Program-made: the position numbers and the translations under genes
Shown: positions 1 through 9,685 of the stretch, one piece after another
Layout: every line of letters begins with the position of its first letter
How positions within the stretch are numbered: the stretch's first letter is position 1
The notes under the pieces: generated by a model
The model's input: only the letters and a program-made list of their open reading frames with translations
Database searches by the model: none
What the model was told of the DNA's origin: nothing
Origin: Spirochaetota bacterium
GTDB lineage: Bacteria > Spirochaetota > UBA4802 > UBA5368
DNA: 64,000 nucleotides
Direction of reading: 5' to 3'
NCBI GenBank assembly: GCA_025457965.1
Contig: JALOTJ010000001.1
Location: 1,271-65,270, forward strand

Positions 1-90
1 ATCGTAGGCCACGGCCGCCCCGGTGATCCCTCCCCCGATAATGAGTATATCGAAAACCTCGCCCCTGTGTTTCTCAATGAAGCGTTCCAT
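1..90 (-). CDS. FAD-dependent oxidoreductase, glycerol-3-phosphate dehydrogenase (GlpD/GlpA)-like; 5' part only, runs off the window
   Basis: Manual translation MERFIEKHRGEVFDILIIGGGITGAAVAYD (GxGxxG FAD motif); AGGAG RBS at 91-95. Confidence 0.65.
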   Translation of the reverse strand, partial: MERFIEKHRGEVFDILIIGGGITGAAVAYD

Positions 91-93
91 CTC

Positions 94-834
94 CTACCTC
101 CTTTTCACGGGTCGCGCGCCGTAATTATTTTTATAAAAAGCGAATATTTCCCCCTCGGTATAGACCAGTACATCGGCCATAATCTTCCGGGCCTTTGCCG
201 GCTGTTTCGCGCGAAAGGCCTCGTAGAGTTCCCTGTGGAACCGCGCCGAGCGCCCGCGGTTTTTTGCGTCGCTGAAGTACAGATAGCCGTAGTCCCTGAA
301 GAGCTGATTGAAAAAATTCAGTATGAAGATATAGAGCATGTTGCCGCTGGCCCGGGCGACCAGATGATGCACGCGCAGGTCACGTTCGAGCATGTCATCG
401 TCTCCCTCGGCGAACGCGATCGCCTTCAACTCATCGAGCTGCCCGTCGGTCCTGCTTACCGCGGCGCGCGAGGCCATTTCCGGCACCAGTATCTTCCGAA
501 TCGCCAGCGTATCGGCCAGGATGCCCGGATCGAACACCTCGTCCAGGTACACGATCTCCTTGAAAAGCTCCAGGTTGCCGCTCTCGAGGTAATTTTTTAC
601 ATAGATGCCGTCGCCGTGGCGGATCTCGACCAGGCCCATTACCTCAAGCTTTTTAAGCGCCTCGCGAAGCGTGGCCCGGTTAACGTGCAGGTTCGCGGCG
701 ATTTCGCGCTCGGCGGAAAGCCGCTCGCCGGGCCTGAAGCGTCCCTCGACTATCCTGCCGATCATCTGGCTGACGATTTCCTCGTGGAGCCGGCTTCTCG
801 TAACCGGATCGAGCTTTGGGGCGGCTAGCGTCAT
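94..834 (-). CDS. GntR/FadR-family transcriptional regulator (wHTH + FCD)
   Basis: PGERLSAEREIAANLHVNRATLREALKKLEVMGLVEIRHGDG wHTH and a C-terminal FCD (D..VH..V..ASGN); start moved to ATG 834, which has a GGAGG RBS. Confidence 0.93.
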   Translation of the reverse strand: MTLAAPKLDPVTRSRLHEEIVSQMIGRIVEGRFRPGERLSAEREIAANLHVNRATLREALKKLEVMGLVEIRHGDGIYVKNYLESGNLELFKEIVYLDEVFDPGILADTLAIRKILVPEMASRAAVSRTDGQLDELKAIAFAEGDDDMLERDLRVHHLVARASGNMLYIFILNFFNQLFRDYGYLYFSDAKNRGRSARFHRELYEAFRAKQPAKARKIMADVLVYTEGEIFAFYKNNYGARPVKRR

Positions 835-850
835 CACATCCCTCCAGGCT

Positions 851-873
851 ATTGGTCGAATGGTCCGACCAAT
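851..873. promoter_or_regulatory. FadR-subfamily operator upstream of the GntR gene
   Basis: ATTGGTCG-N7-CGACCAAT inverted repeat containing TGGTCCGACCA (TGGT-N3-ACCA). Confidence 0.7.
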
Positions 874-1064
874 TTTCAAGGTATATACAATCACGGACGA
901 AGTCAAGGTTTTTATGATGATTGCTCAGGATTTTACGGCAGAACCGGACCAGCGGTGGATTGCGGTTCGGTCAACGACCGGTATTTCCGGAACTGATCAA
1001 TGTTTTCTAACGGTGGGACCCGAGTAATAGCCGGACACTTCGGAACTTGATTCTTTTACGTAAT

Positions 1065-1100
1065 CGCCGGGGAATCCGGGCCATGCCCCGCTCCCCGGCG
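1065..1100 (-). terminator. GC-rich hairpin after the nitroreductase gene
   Basis: CGCCGGGGA...TCCCCGGCG stem directly after the stop at 1108; no clear U-tract. Confidence 0.45.
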
Positions 1101-1107
1101 TATCGCT

Positions 1108-2229
1108 TCACGCACGGGTAAAACCCTCGATCGGCATGCGCAGGCTCACCGGTGCCGGGTAGCTTTTCACATAACCGACGCGCATGAGCATCGCTATCTT
1201 TCTCACGCCGATGCGCGCGGCGATTTCGTTTTTCCACGGCGCTTCCTGGAGCGCCTGTGTCATCGGGTGAACCGCGATCATTTTTTCACGCACCCTAAGC
1301 CCCATTCGCTGGAATGCTCGTCCCGCCTCCACGAGCGCCGCCGGGGAATTTCCGGTAAGCGGAAGCACCAGCCACCCGCCGCAGTTATCCACCTGCTTCT
1401 TCGCCATGGCGATGCCCTGTTCCCTGAAACTGTTTTCAAGGACCGATTGCCGTTCAAAAAAGCTACCCACATACCATCCCGCCATGCCGGTGATTTCCAT
1501 TGACGCGGGCGTCAATCCGTTCAGGTGGCTGCGCTGCTCCTTTTTTGACCAGCGGATCCAGTCGGCAAGCTCTTCCTGCGCCTCATTGCGCCACGTCTGC
1601 GCTTTGTTCGCCTCAAGCGTCGCCTCGGCAAGGTACTTCCCTTCGGCGGAAAGCCGGGGAATATAGATGAAGCCGCTGTGCTTTCCAGTAACAGAATCGA
1701 TATCCCCGCGCTCCAGTTCCCTTTTATTCATGCCGTTACGCACCGTGCGCCGCGCGCGCATTGCATCCACCGGGTACGCGATCTCGTCTGCCCGTGTGAT
1801 GCGCGTCTCGATGAGCGCCGTTTCGTGCGGGCTCTTTGCGATCACTCGATACTCCACCCGCCTGCCGTACGCGCCGGCGGCGATCACCAGGTTCTCCATA
1901 AAGGCCCCCATCGAGAGCATGACATCATGGTTCCCCGGATCGACCGCCGGGAGCCACCGCGAGCGCTCGGTGCCGATTGTCCACCTTCCCGGCCCCGTTA
2001 TCCGCACGGTCCACGGCTGTGTGTTGTGCCCGCTTGGCGCACGCGACGCGAGCCCAAGTATCGCCCGCTCCTCCTCGTCGAGCCGCCTCAATGCGTTTGC
2101 ACCCATGGCGGCTTCCCCTGCCTCATTCGCCACATCGCCCCCGAACGCCGGAACGAGGCGCGGAAGGGCCGTTGCGAGCACGACGCCTCCTGTTGTCAGC
2201 AAGAAACCTCTTCTAGTCGTTGTGTTCAT
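1108..2229 (-). CDS. Acg-type nitroreductase-family FMN oxidoreductase with a Tat-like signal peptide
   Basis: RAPSGHNTQPW, RRTVR and EAGRAFQR motifs; N-terminal TRRGFL plus a hydrophobic stretch. Confidence 0.85.
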   Translation of the reverse strand: MNTTTRRGFLLTTGGVVLATALPRLVPAFGGDVANEAGEAAMGANALRRLDEEERAILGLASRAPSGHNTQPWTVRITGPGRWTIGTERSRWLPAVDPGNHDVMLSMGAFMENLVIAAGAYGRRVEYRVIAKSPHETALIETRITRADEIAYPVDAMRARRTVRNGMNKRELERGDIDSVTGKHSGFIYIPRLSAEGKYLAEATLEANKAQTWRNEAQEELADWIRWSKKEQRSHLNGLTPASMEITGMAGWYVGSFFERQSVLENSFREQGIAMAKKQVDNCGGWLVLPLTGNSPAALVEAGRAFQRMGLRVREKMIAVHPMTQALQEAPWKNEIAARIGVRKIAMLMRVGYVKSYPAPVSLRMPIEGFTRA

Positions 2230-2252
2230 TGTTGTTCCTCTTCGGTCAATTA

Positions 2253-2297
2253 TAGAGCATATACTCTAATACTATATATAGAGCTATTACTCTATAT
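2253..2297. promoter_or_regulatory. Tandem palindromic operators (TAGAG-N6-CTCTA x2)
   Basis: TAGAG-CATATA-CTCTA at 2253-2268 and ATATAGAG-CTATTA-CTCTATAT at 2276-2297, just upstream of the nitroreductase start. Confidence 0.6.
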
Positions 2298-2371
2298 TTC
2301 AAGAAATTTTTCGTAATATGGGTTTATTTTTTACGCTTCCAGTCCGGCGAAGTGCCACAGGCAGGCGGGGC

Positions 2372-3928
2372 TTACTTTTTTTCGATGTCGATTGACGCTA
2401 TGAGGTTTTTCAGGCTGTCAGCCATCCCTGAGAGTTCCTCGGTGCTTGAAAGCATCTCGTTCGCTCCGTTGGAGTTTACCAGGGCAACCTCGTTTATAGA
2501 GGAAATCGTTTTAACGATCTCGTCCGTCGCGATCTTATGTTCATGGGTGGCCGATTTGATCTCTTGGGTTTTTAAGTTAACTACTTCCACGTTTTTATTG
2601 ATTGTTTTATTCACCTCAAGCTGCATATCCATACGAGATGCGATCGCCTGCATGGCCTTAAAGTTTTCCGTTATTCCCTGGATGATGGAGCCGATGGTCG
2701 CAACCGTTCCTGTTACGTGGGCCTTCCCCTGGTGTATTTCCTTTTCGTTCACGCTGATGAGCTGGCTTATGTTCTTTACGCTCTGCGACGTTCGCTCGGC
2801 CAGCTTTGATATGGCGTCGGCTACCACGGCGAATCCCCTTCCCGCCTCTCCCGCCCGGGCGGCCTCGATGGCCGCGTTAAGGGATAGAAGATTGATCTGG
2901 TCGGAGATATCATTGATAATATTTATTATACCGGTCATCTCGCCGGAGCTGCTTTCTATATTGCTCATGCTTTGGTTCATCAGCCCGAGGTTTTTATTAC
3001 CGACCTGCGCCGAGTTCATGATGGCCTGCACCCTTTCATGCATGGACTCCACCTCTCCCTTCATCCCCATGATCGTATCGGTGAACTCGGCCATTTTAGT
3101 CATTAAAACACTCATCGCACCGCTCTGCGAGTCGGCGTTTGCCGAGATGTTCTCTATCCCCGCCGACATCTCCTCCATCGCCGATGTCATCTGCTCGACC
3201 GAGGAGGCCTGTGTTTGCGCATTATCGGAGAACTGCGTTGCCGTTGTTGACAGCTCGTTCGATGATGAGGCCAGTGAAACAGTCAGCGACCGCACGCTGT
3301 CAAGAAGCTTGATAATGATGCCTGATTTCTCCTTATTTATTTCCATCTCTCCGGATATTTCCTTCATCGCCGATCCTATGTTTTGAAGAATCACGTAACA
3401 CTGGATCACGATAAAAACGGTAAGGGCGAAGTGTGTGCCGATAATTTTTTTCGCGACCGCTGCGTCGATCGTATCGCTCAGAATAACAGCGCCCACCCCA
3501 AGGGCGAGGGTCATGACACCCACGACAATTACCGTAACACGGGTGCCAATCAACGCCGCGAAGATTATAAAAAGATAGGGGATGATAATACTTATAAATA
3601 ATGAAAGTTCCGTTTGATGCTTGCCCAACAGTATTTGAATGGCGATCGCCACGGTAGCGCCGACGGGAAGCAGATTCGCGGCAGCATAATAGCGACCGCT
3701 CTTGAGGAATGCCAATCCCACAATCCCGATCGCGATCAGGCTCGCGCGGGAGATAAACTCCGTGGAAAAAAGAGCGTAGGCAGACAGGCCGAGCATTACA
3801 CCGGTGGTCATAATCAATGTGGCGCTGATGAGCAATACAATATACAGGAAGGTCTTTGACTTTCTCTGTACAACTATGCCTGCCGTTGCATAACTTCCTA
3901 AGAAAAATCCCTCCAATCTTTTAAACAT
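2372..3928 (-). CDS. Methyl-accepting chemotaxis protein with a multi-TM N-terminus
   Basis: [27 protein letters not shown] signalling hairpin; about 6 hydrophobic segments at the N-terminus. Confidence 0.95.
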   Translation of the reverse strand: MFKRLEGFFLGSYATAGIVVQRKSKTFLYIVLLISATLIMTTGVMLGLSAYALFSTEFISRASLIAIGIVGLAFLKSGRYYAAANLLPVGATVAIAIQILLGKHQTELSLFISIIIPYLFIIFAALIGTRVTVIVVGVMTLALGVGAVILSDTIDAAVAKKIIGTHFALTVFIVIQCYVILQNIGSAMKEISGEMEINKEKSGIIIKLLDSVRSLTVSLASSSNELSTTATQFSDNAQTQASSVEQMTSAMEEMSAGIENISANADSQSGAMSVLMTKMAEFTDTIMGMKGEVESMHERVQAIMNSAQVGNKNLGLMNQSMSNIESSSGEMTGIINIINDISDQINLLSLNAAIEAARAGEAGRGFAVVADAISKLAERTSQSVKNISQLISVNEKEIHQGKAHVTGTVATIGSIIQGITENFKAMQAIASRMDMQLEVNKTINKNVEVVNLKTQEIKSATHEHKIATDEIVKTISSINEVALVNSNGANEMLSSTEELSGMADSLKNLIASIDIEKK

Positions 3929-4029
3929 ACCGCCCCCTTCCGCCGCTATCCTGACGCGAACGCATGACATTGAAGGAACTATTACGACAGAAAAAATTAA
4001 AATTCTTCAAGTCTTTTATGAATAAGCGG

Positions 4030-4677
4030 TCATCGGTTCTGCAAAATCTGCATCTTGAACATGCCGGCCAGCAGCGAACCGCTCGTCCTCATTTGCTTGA
4101 TTATCTCCTCACGGTTCTTGCCGGGATATTTGCGCAATGTAATCAGCAGGCCATTGAGTGAAGCGATATACATTCGCGCCAGCAGGCGCACATCGCTGTC
4201 CGGATTAAAACGCGTGAAATAGTTTACGATTTCTATCAGGAATACGCGAAAACTTTCGTTTATACTGCTCAGGACCTCATCGTTTAAAGTATCATCGATC
4301 ATGAAGTGGGTGCGCATTTTCAGGTTTTGCTCCTCTCTGGCGAAATGATCAATGATGATCATCGTTATCTCTTCCAGACGGAAATCCTTGCTCGCATTCA
4401 TTTCTTCCATGATCCTGACAAGCAAACGGTTATTGCTGCGAATGTATGCCTCGGCGTAAAGGCACTGCTTGTCGGTAAAATACCGGTAAATTGCCGTTGC
4501 GGTAATACCGGCTTCCTTGGCGATATGCCTCATCGTTACTTTATCGAAAGCCAGTTGCGTAAACACCCGTTCGGCCGCGTTTATGATAAGACTTTTCCTG
4601 TTATCGCGCTCAATTTCCTTTAACTTTGGGAAATTCATAGGTTCATAAACGACAGACTTCTTGTTTGTATGAGCCAT
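4030..4677 (-). CDS. TetR/AcrR-family transcriptional regulator
   Basis: IINAAERVF...VTMRHIAKEAGITATAIYRYFTDKQCLY HTH. Confidence 0.93.
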   Translation of the reverse strand: MAHTNKKSVVYEPMNFPKLKEIERDNRKSLIINAAERVFTQLAFDKVTMRHIAKEAGITATAIYRYFTDKQCLYAEAYIRSNNRLLVRIMEEMNASKDFRLEEITMIIIDHFAREEQNLKMRTHFMIDDTLNDEVLSSINESFRVFLIEIVNYFTRFNPDSDVRLLARMYIASLNGLLITLRKYPGKNREEIIKQMRTSGSLLAGMFKMQILQNR

Positions 4678-4680
4678 AAT

Positions 4681-5847
4681 TTATTCCCTTGAACTCAGCG
4701 AGAGATTCTCGCCGATGCGTTCCTTTATTGTTTCAACAGATTCAGCACCCGTCAACATGACAAGCGAATCGCGCAAATATCGCTGCGCGTCATATTCCTT
4801 TGCATACCCGTAGCCGCCAAGAACCTGTACGCAATTGAGGGAAGCCGTGCCTGCCGCCTCGACAGCATTAAGACGCGCTATGGCCGACTCGATAGTTATT
4901 TTCTCGCCATGATCATTAAGCCATGCCGCCTGGTAGGTGAGCATCCGGGCGCTCCTTATTTTAATCGCCATATCAACAAGCATATGCCGTACGGCACCGA
5001 AATCGACGATGGGTTTGCCGAACTGGACACGGTCTTTGGCGTACTGGGACGCATACTCGAAAGCCCCCTGTGCCATTCCGACGGCAACGCCGGCAACCTC
5101 AAGGTTCTCGGAATCAATTATACGCTCAAACTGTGTCCAGCCCTGATTGAGCATCTCCGGCCCGCCTAAAATATCCGACGCGCTCACGGCAACATCTTTA
5201 AAGGTGACCTGGCAGAGGTTAATGGAATCGAAGCCCACCTTTTCCATCGCCTGGATGCCTATTCCCTTCTTTTTTGAATCCACGATAAACATCGTCAGCC
5301 CCTGTGTATACTCCTTGCCCTGGTCCGTACATGCCAGTGCAAGGAGGTGGTCCGCCCGATCAGCCAGGCGGACCCATACTTTTGTGCCGCTTAACATAAA
5401 ACCGTCACGGGCAGCGGTGGCAATCGTTTTCACCGGGCTGATGCCGTATGCGTCTTCTTTTTCCCTGAGTGCATAAGCGAACAGAGACTCCCCCTGTACG
5501 AGAGCCGGAAGGAAGCGCCGTTTCTGCTCTTCGCTGCCCATGGCGGAAATGGTGTTTCCCCCGCAGAATGCTGAAGCGATAAACACCGCGGCAAGCGATG
5601 GATACAGGGAGGCAAGCTCTTCAACGACCAGCACCGCTCCCAGGGTATTGGGGCCTCCACCGCCGTATGCTTCCTGAATGGTCAGTCCGCAGAAACCCAT
5701 CTCCTTGATGGTCTTGAAAAGGTCGGAAGGAAACTGCCCCGACTCATCCAGTTTTTTTGCCACATCGCGCTGGCACTCCCTGGAAATAAAATTTTGAATG
5801 GTGTCCCTTATCAATCCCTGTTCTTCACTTAATGCAAAATCCATCAT
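4681..5847 (-). CDS. Acyl-CoA dehydrogenase (degenerate motifs; possible partner subunit)
   Basis: MDFALSEEQ start, R.QFGKPI and QVLGGYGY..EY...RYLRD; lacks TEPxxGSD and IYEGT/GGGT; AGGAG RBS. Confidence 0.88.
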   Translation of the reverse strand: MMDFALSEEQGLIRDTIQNFISRECQRDVAKKLDESGQFPSDLFKTIKEMGFCGLTIQEAYGGGGPNTLGAVLVVEELASLYPSLAAVFIASAFCGGNTISAMGSEEQKRRFLPALVQGESLFAYALREKEDAYGISPVKTIATAARDGFMLSGTKVWVRLADRADHLLALACTDQGKEYTQGLTMFIVDSKKKGIGIQAMEKVGFDSINLCQVTFKDVAVSASDILGGPEMLNQGWTQFERIIDSENLEVAGVAVGMAQGAFEYASQYAKDRVQFGKPIVDFGAVRHMLVDMAIKIRSARMLTYQAAWLNDHGEKITIESAIARLNAVEAAGTASLNCVQVLGGYGYAKEYDAQRYLRDSLVMLTGAESVETIKERIGENLSLSSRE

Positions 5848-5914
5848 AAACTCCTTATATTTTTCATTTACCATCGAGGCATACCGGGGAGCCTCCAGCA
5901 CCGCGGATACGCCG

Positions 5915-7486
5915 TCAAACCAGACGGTCCTTCCCTTTCCAGTAGGCCGCCCGCATGTTTTTTTTGTCAATCTTCCCAAGGTTTGTCAGCGGAATCTCTT
6001 TCCAGAATTCCACGCTCTTCGGTACCACCATGCTCCCCTTTTTGTCTTTGACAAACTTTATCAGTTCCTCGGCCGTCGCGGCCTTCCCCTCATAAAGCAC
6101 GACGATTGCTTTAACCTCTTCTCCCCATTTCTCATGCGGCACGCCGATAACGGCGACATTTTTCACCGAGGGGTGCCCATGAAGCACGTCCTCAATTTCG
6201 CGCGGATAAATATTAAAACCACCGCTGATGATCATATCCTTGCATCGGTCTACTATATAGAGGTAACCCTCTTCATCCAGCTTGCCCATGTCGCCGGTAT
6301 GCAGCCAGCCGTTTTTAATGGTCTCGGCCGTGGTTTCCGGGTCCTTTAAATAACCGTCCATCATGTTGATATGCTTTATGATTATCTCTCCGGCTTCTCC
6401 GAGAGACACGTCGCTGCCGTCTTCATTCACGATACGGACCTGGCACGGGAAACATGGTCTGCCGCATGAGCTGAATATACGCCTCTGCCTTTCAGGATCT
6501 TCGATGACGTGCGCCTCTTTTGGCAGACAGCACATCGCCATTGGCGCCTCGGTCTGGCCATAAAGTTGCGTAAACACCGGCCCGAATTTGGTGATCGCCT
6601 GTTTTAGCCGGTCGGGAGCGATGGCCGAGGCTCCATAGATGATATCCCGCCAGCTGCCCGTATCGTACTTGTCGATATCCGGATGGTCCATGAGCACATA
6701 GAGCATCGTTGGGACAAGGAAGGCCGAGGTTATTTTTTCTTTCTGTGTCAGATCCAGGAATTCTTTTGGATCGAAATGATCCATGATAAGGCACGTGCCG
6801 CCCCTGATCAGGACCGGTATCATCAGGCATCCCCCGGCATGCGTCAGCGGAGTCGCGAAGCAGAATACCTCATCATATTCCAGGCGGAATTCGAGGAGCT
6901 CGGTGATGAAGGTCCCCACCCAGGATCGATGCGATAACATGACACCCTTGGGCATTCCGGTGGTCCCCCCGGTGAAATAAATCCCGCACAAATCTTCAGG
7001 CGCAATCTCCACGCCAGGGCTTTCCGCCGGGTGGGTGTCGATGAGCGTCTGTAAATGCAGATGACCCGGGGGAATTTTGGAAGGATCTTCGGAGATACAG
7101 ATGAAGGTCTTCACCGTTTCCAGCTTCGGGATCATCTCCTTTACACGCGACAGCATCTTCTCATGGTAGATAAGCGCCTTGCATTCTGCCTTGTTCATCA
7201 TGTAGATATGATCGTCGTTCGAGAGCAGAACGGCCAGCGGGACCCGCACGATGCCGCATTTTGCCAGGGCGTACTCGGAAAAGACGTACTCGGGACAATT
7301 GGCCATCAGGAAGGAGATGTTGTCATTCTTTTTGAATCCTATTTTACTCAGGGCATTCGCGAGGCGATAGGCCTTGTCCTGCATCTCCGCATAGGTGTAG
7401 CACACATCTCCATATTTGATAGCGCGCTTGTTTTTATAAAACGTCACGCACCGATCATAGAGATCGCCAACATTATGACCCATCAT
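5915..7486 (-). CDS. AMP-forming acyl-CoA synthetase / fatty-acid-CoA ligase
   Basis: YFTGGTTGMPKG, YGQTE, GWLHTGD, DRCKDMIISGGFNIYPREIE and GKIDK motifs. Confidence 0.95.
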   Translation of the reverse strand: MMGHNVGDLYDRCVTFYKNKRAIKYGDVCYTYAEMQDKAYRLANALSKIGFKKNDNISFLMANCPEYVFSEYALAKCGIVRVPLAVLLSNDDHIYMMNKAECKALIYHEKMLSRVKEMIPKLETVKTFICISEDPSKIPPGHLHLQTLIDTHPAESPGVEIAPEDLCGIYFTGGTTGMPKGVMLSHRSWVGTFITELLEFRLEYDEVFCFATPLTHAGGCLMIPVLIRGGTCLIMDHFDPKEFLDLTQKEKITSAFLVPTMLYVLMDHPDIDKYDTGSWRDIIYGASAIAPDRLKQAITKFGPVFTQLYGQTEAPMAMCCLPKEAHVIEDPERQRRIFSSCGRPCFPCQVRIVNEDGSDVSLGEAGEIIIKHINMMDGYLKDPETTAETIKNGWLHTGDMGKLDEEGYLYIVDRCKDMIISGGFNIYPREIEDVLHGHPSVKNVAVIGVPHEKWGEEVKAIVVLYEGKAATAEELIKFVKDKKGSMVVPKSVEFWKEIPLTNLGKIDKKNMRAAYWKGKDRLV

Positions 7487-7577
7487 AGCTCTAACCCTCC
7501 ATTTCTTCGTCTTCAGAGCCCACTTGGCCGGCGAGTCACGCGCCGGCAATTCATGGAACATTCCACGAATAAGACAA

Positions 7578-9584
7578 TTATTTATAAAAATCTTTTTTAT
7601 ACAGCTTTACGGAAAGGCCGGTAAGGTCGGCCCATTTCATGGGTCCACCCTTGTCCGCCGGAAAGCCTATGCCCCATATGGCCCCGATATCAATCAGCCG
7701 CGGATCGGCGATTATCTTCTTCTCCAGAAGTTCATGGCCGGTAACCACGAAAGGAGTAAACAGCATCTGCTGAATCTCGGTCTCGCTGTATTCGGCCTTT
7801 TTACCGTCTGGATTGATCAAGGGCAGCACCTCGGGATCAACCTTGCCGTCTTTATCATAATATCCCTTACCGTTTTTGTTGCGACCCAGCCTGCCTGCCT
7901 TATAGACGTTTTCCAGAGAAGGCGGTGCTATCCTCTTGAGCGACTTGGTAAGCACCAGATATGAAGTATCTATTCCGACCTCGTCGGTCAACCGTACCGG
8001 CCCTACGGGGAGTCCAAATTTCATCATGGCGGTGTCGATGCTCTCGATACTTACCCCCTCCGCGAGCAGCTCGTAGGTTTTTATGAAGTATGGGAAAAGC
8101 ATGGCGTTTACCACAAAACCAGGATTGTCATTGCAGACAACCGGACGCTTTCTGAGCGCGGCAGCCAGTGCGATGAGATTATTGATGGTGTCCTCGTTCG
8201 TTTCCTTGCCGCGAATAATTTCCACAAGCTCCATCTTCCATACCGGCGAGAAGAAGTGGATCCCGGCGAAACGACCGGGATTCTTGACGCTTCCGGCAAG
8301 AAGATTGACGGGCAGGCTCGAGGTATTGCTCGCCAGGATACAATTTTCAGAAACTACGCCGCACAGCGACCGGTAGACCTCATCCTTGACCGCCGGGTCC
8401 TCGAACACCGCCTCTATCACCACATCCACGTCCTTAAACTCATCCGTCCATTCCGATACGGGAATAATCAGTTTCATGAGCTGGTCGACTGGCTGCGCGA
8501 GACGGCCCTTTTCAGCCATGCCCTCGAGGACCTTTTGAACCGCCGCTTTTCCGGGCTCGAGCGCCGCCGGGAGATCCTTAACCACAACCGGTTTTTGCAG
8601 TCTCCTCAATATTTCAACTACGATGCCGCGGCCCATGATGCCGAACCCGAGAACGGCGAACTTGTTCATCGATCCGGTCTTGAATCCCTTCGGAATCATC
8701 GTCTGCGGCTTGTCGGAATAGGTCTTCAGAAAGAAGGTATTGATCATGCCCCTGGATTCGGGCGATTTAAGGACATTCATGAAGCACTCGACCTCGAGCG
8801 CAAGCCCCTCCGCAATGGGAACTTTAAGGCCCTCCTTAATGGCCTGGAGCGCGTATTTGGGCCCCGGCAGCTCCCTGCCTCGCGATGCTTTAAGCACTCC
8901 CTTCGTGGCAGTGGCGATCACTTCGTCCAATCCCGCAAAGTCCTGCGCGGGCCTCTTTAGTTCAGCCCTGCCGGATACGATATCATTCGCAAATTCTTTC
9001 GCCGCGGCGAGCAGATCGGCGCTTTCCGGTACGAGTTTGTCAAGCAGCCCGGCTTCGAAACCCTTTTTCGCCGGCATCACCTGACCCTTGAGAATTATTT
9101 CGATCGCGGCATAGCCGATAAGCCGTGGCAGGCGCTGGGTTCCGCCGCCTCCAGGCATGAGGCCTACGGAAATTTCAGGCAATCCCACGAGGGTTTTGGG
9201 GCTGTCGGTGGCGATCCTGGCCGTCATCGCCAGTGCGAATTCGTACCCGCCCCCCATGCACGGTCCGTTGATCGCCGCCACCGTCGGAATGCCGAGGTTT
9301 TCCATCCGCAGGAAGAGTCGACTGAAACGCGTGCACCGTTCCTGGAATTTAGGATAGTCGGTAATGCTGTCTATAAGGGCCAGGTCCCCGCCCGCATGGA
9401 AAGAGCTCTTGCCCGAAATAAATACAACGGCCTTGTAATTCGATTTCTCCCGCTCCAGTCCGGTCAGCACCTCTTCGAAATCAATTACGGCCTGGTCGGT
9501 CCAGGTATTGACCGCCTCTCCGGGCACATCAAAACGAACCACGGCCAGATCATTTTGTTTTTCTAAGATAAATATCTTGGACAT
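7578..9584 (-). CDS. Multifunctional enoyl-CoA hydratase / 3-hydroxyacyl-CoA dehydrogenase (FadB/FadJ type)
   Basis: GGGYEFAL and GLPEISVGLMPGGGGTQRLPRLIG (crotonase); GFGIMG, EAVFED, ASNTSSL and GIHFFSP (HAD). Confidence 0.95.
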   Translation of the reverse strand: MSKIFILEKQNDLAVVRFDVPGEAVNTWTDQAVIDFEEVLTGLEREKSNYKAVVFISGKSSFHAGGDLALIDSITDYPKFQERCTRFSRLFLRMENLGIPTVAAINGPCMGGGYEFALAMTARIATDSPKTLVGLPEISVGLMPGGGGTQRLPRLIGYAAIEIILKGQVMPAKKGFEAGLLDKLVPESADLLAAAKEFANDIVSGRAELKRPAQDFAGLDEVIATATKGVLKASRGRELPGPKYALQAIKEGLKVPIAEGLALEVECFMNVLKSPESRGMINTFFLKTYSDKPQTMIPKGFKTGSMNKFAVLGFGIMGRGIVVEILRRLQKPVVVKDLPAALEPGKAAVQKVLEGMAEKGRLAQPVDQLMKLIIPVSEWTDEFKDVDVVIEAVFEDPAVKDEVYRSLCGVVSENCILASNTSSLPVNLLAGSVKNPGRFAGIHFFSPVWKMELVEIIRGKETNEDTINNLIALAAALRKRPVVCNDNPGFVVNAMLFPYFIKTYELLAEGVSIESIDTAMMKFGLPVGPVRLTDEVGIDTSYLVLTKSLKRIAPPSLENVYKAGRLGRNKNGKGYYDKDGKVDPEVLPLINPDGKKAEYSETEIQQMLFTPFVVTGHELLEKKIIADPRLIDIGAIWGIGFPADKGGPMKWADLTGLSVKLYKKDFYK

Positions 9585-9685
9585 TTGAGTTCCTCCATCG
9601 AGTTGTTTACGGCAAGTAAAACATAATGGCTTTCCGATCTTCTGTCACGATTGCACTTTCATGCCGACCCGTACGGGGATTATGT

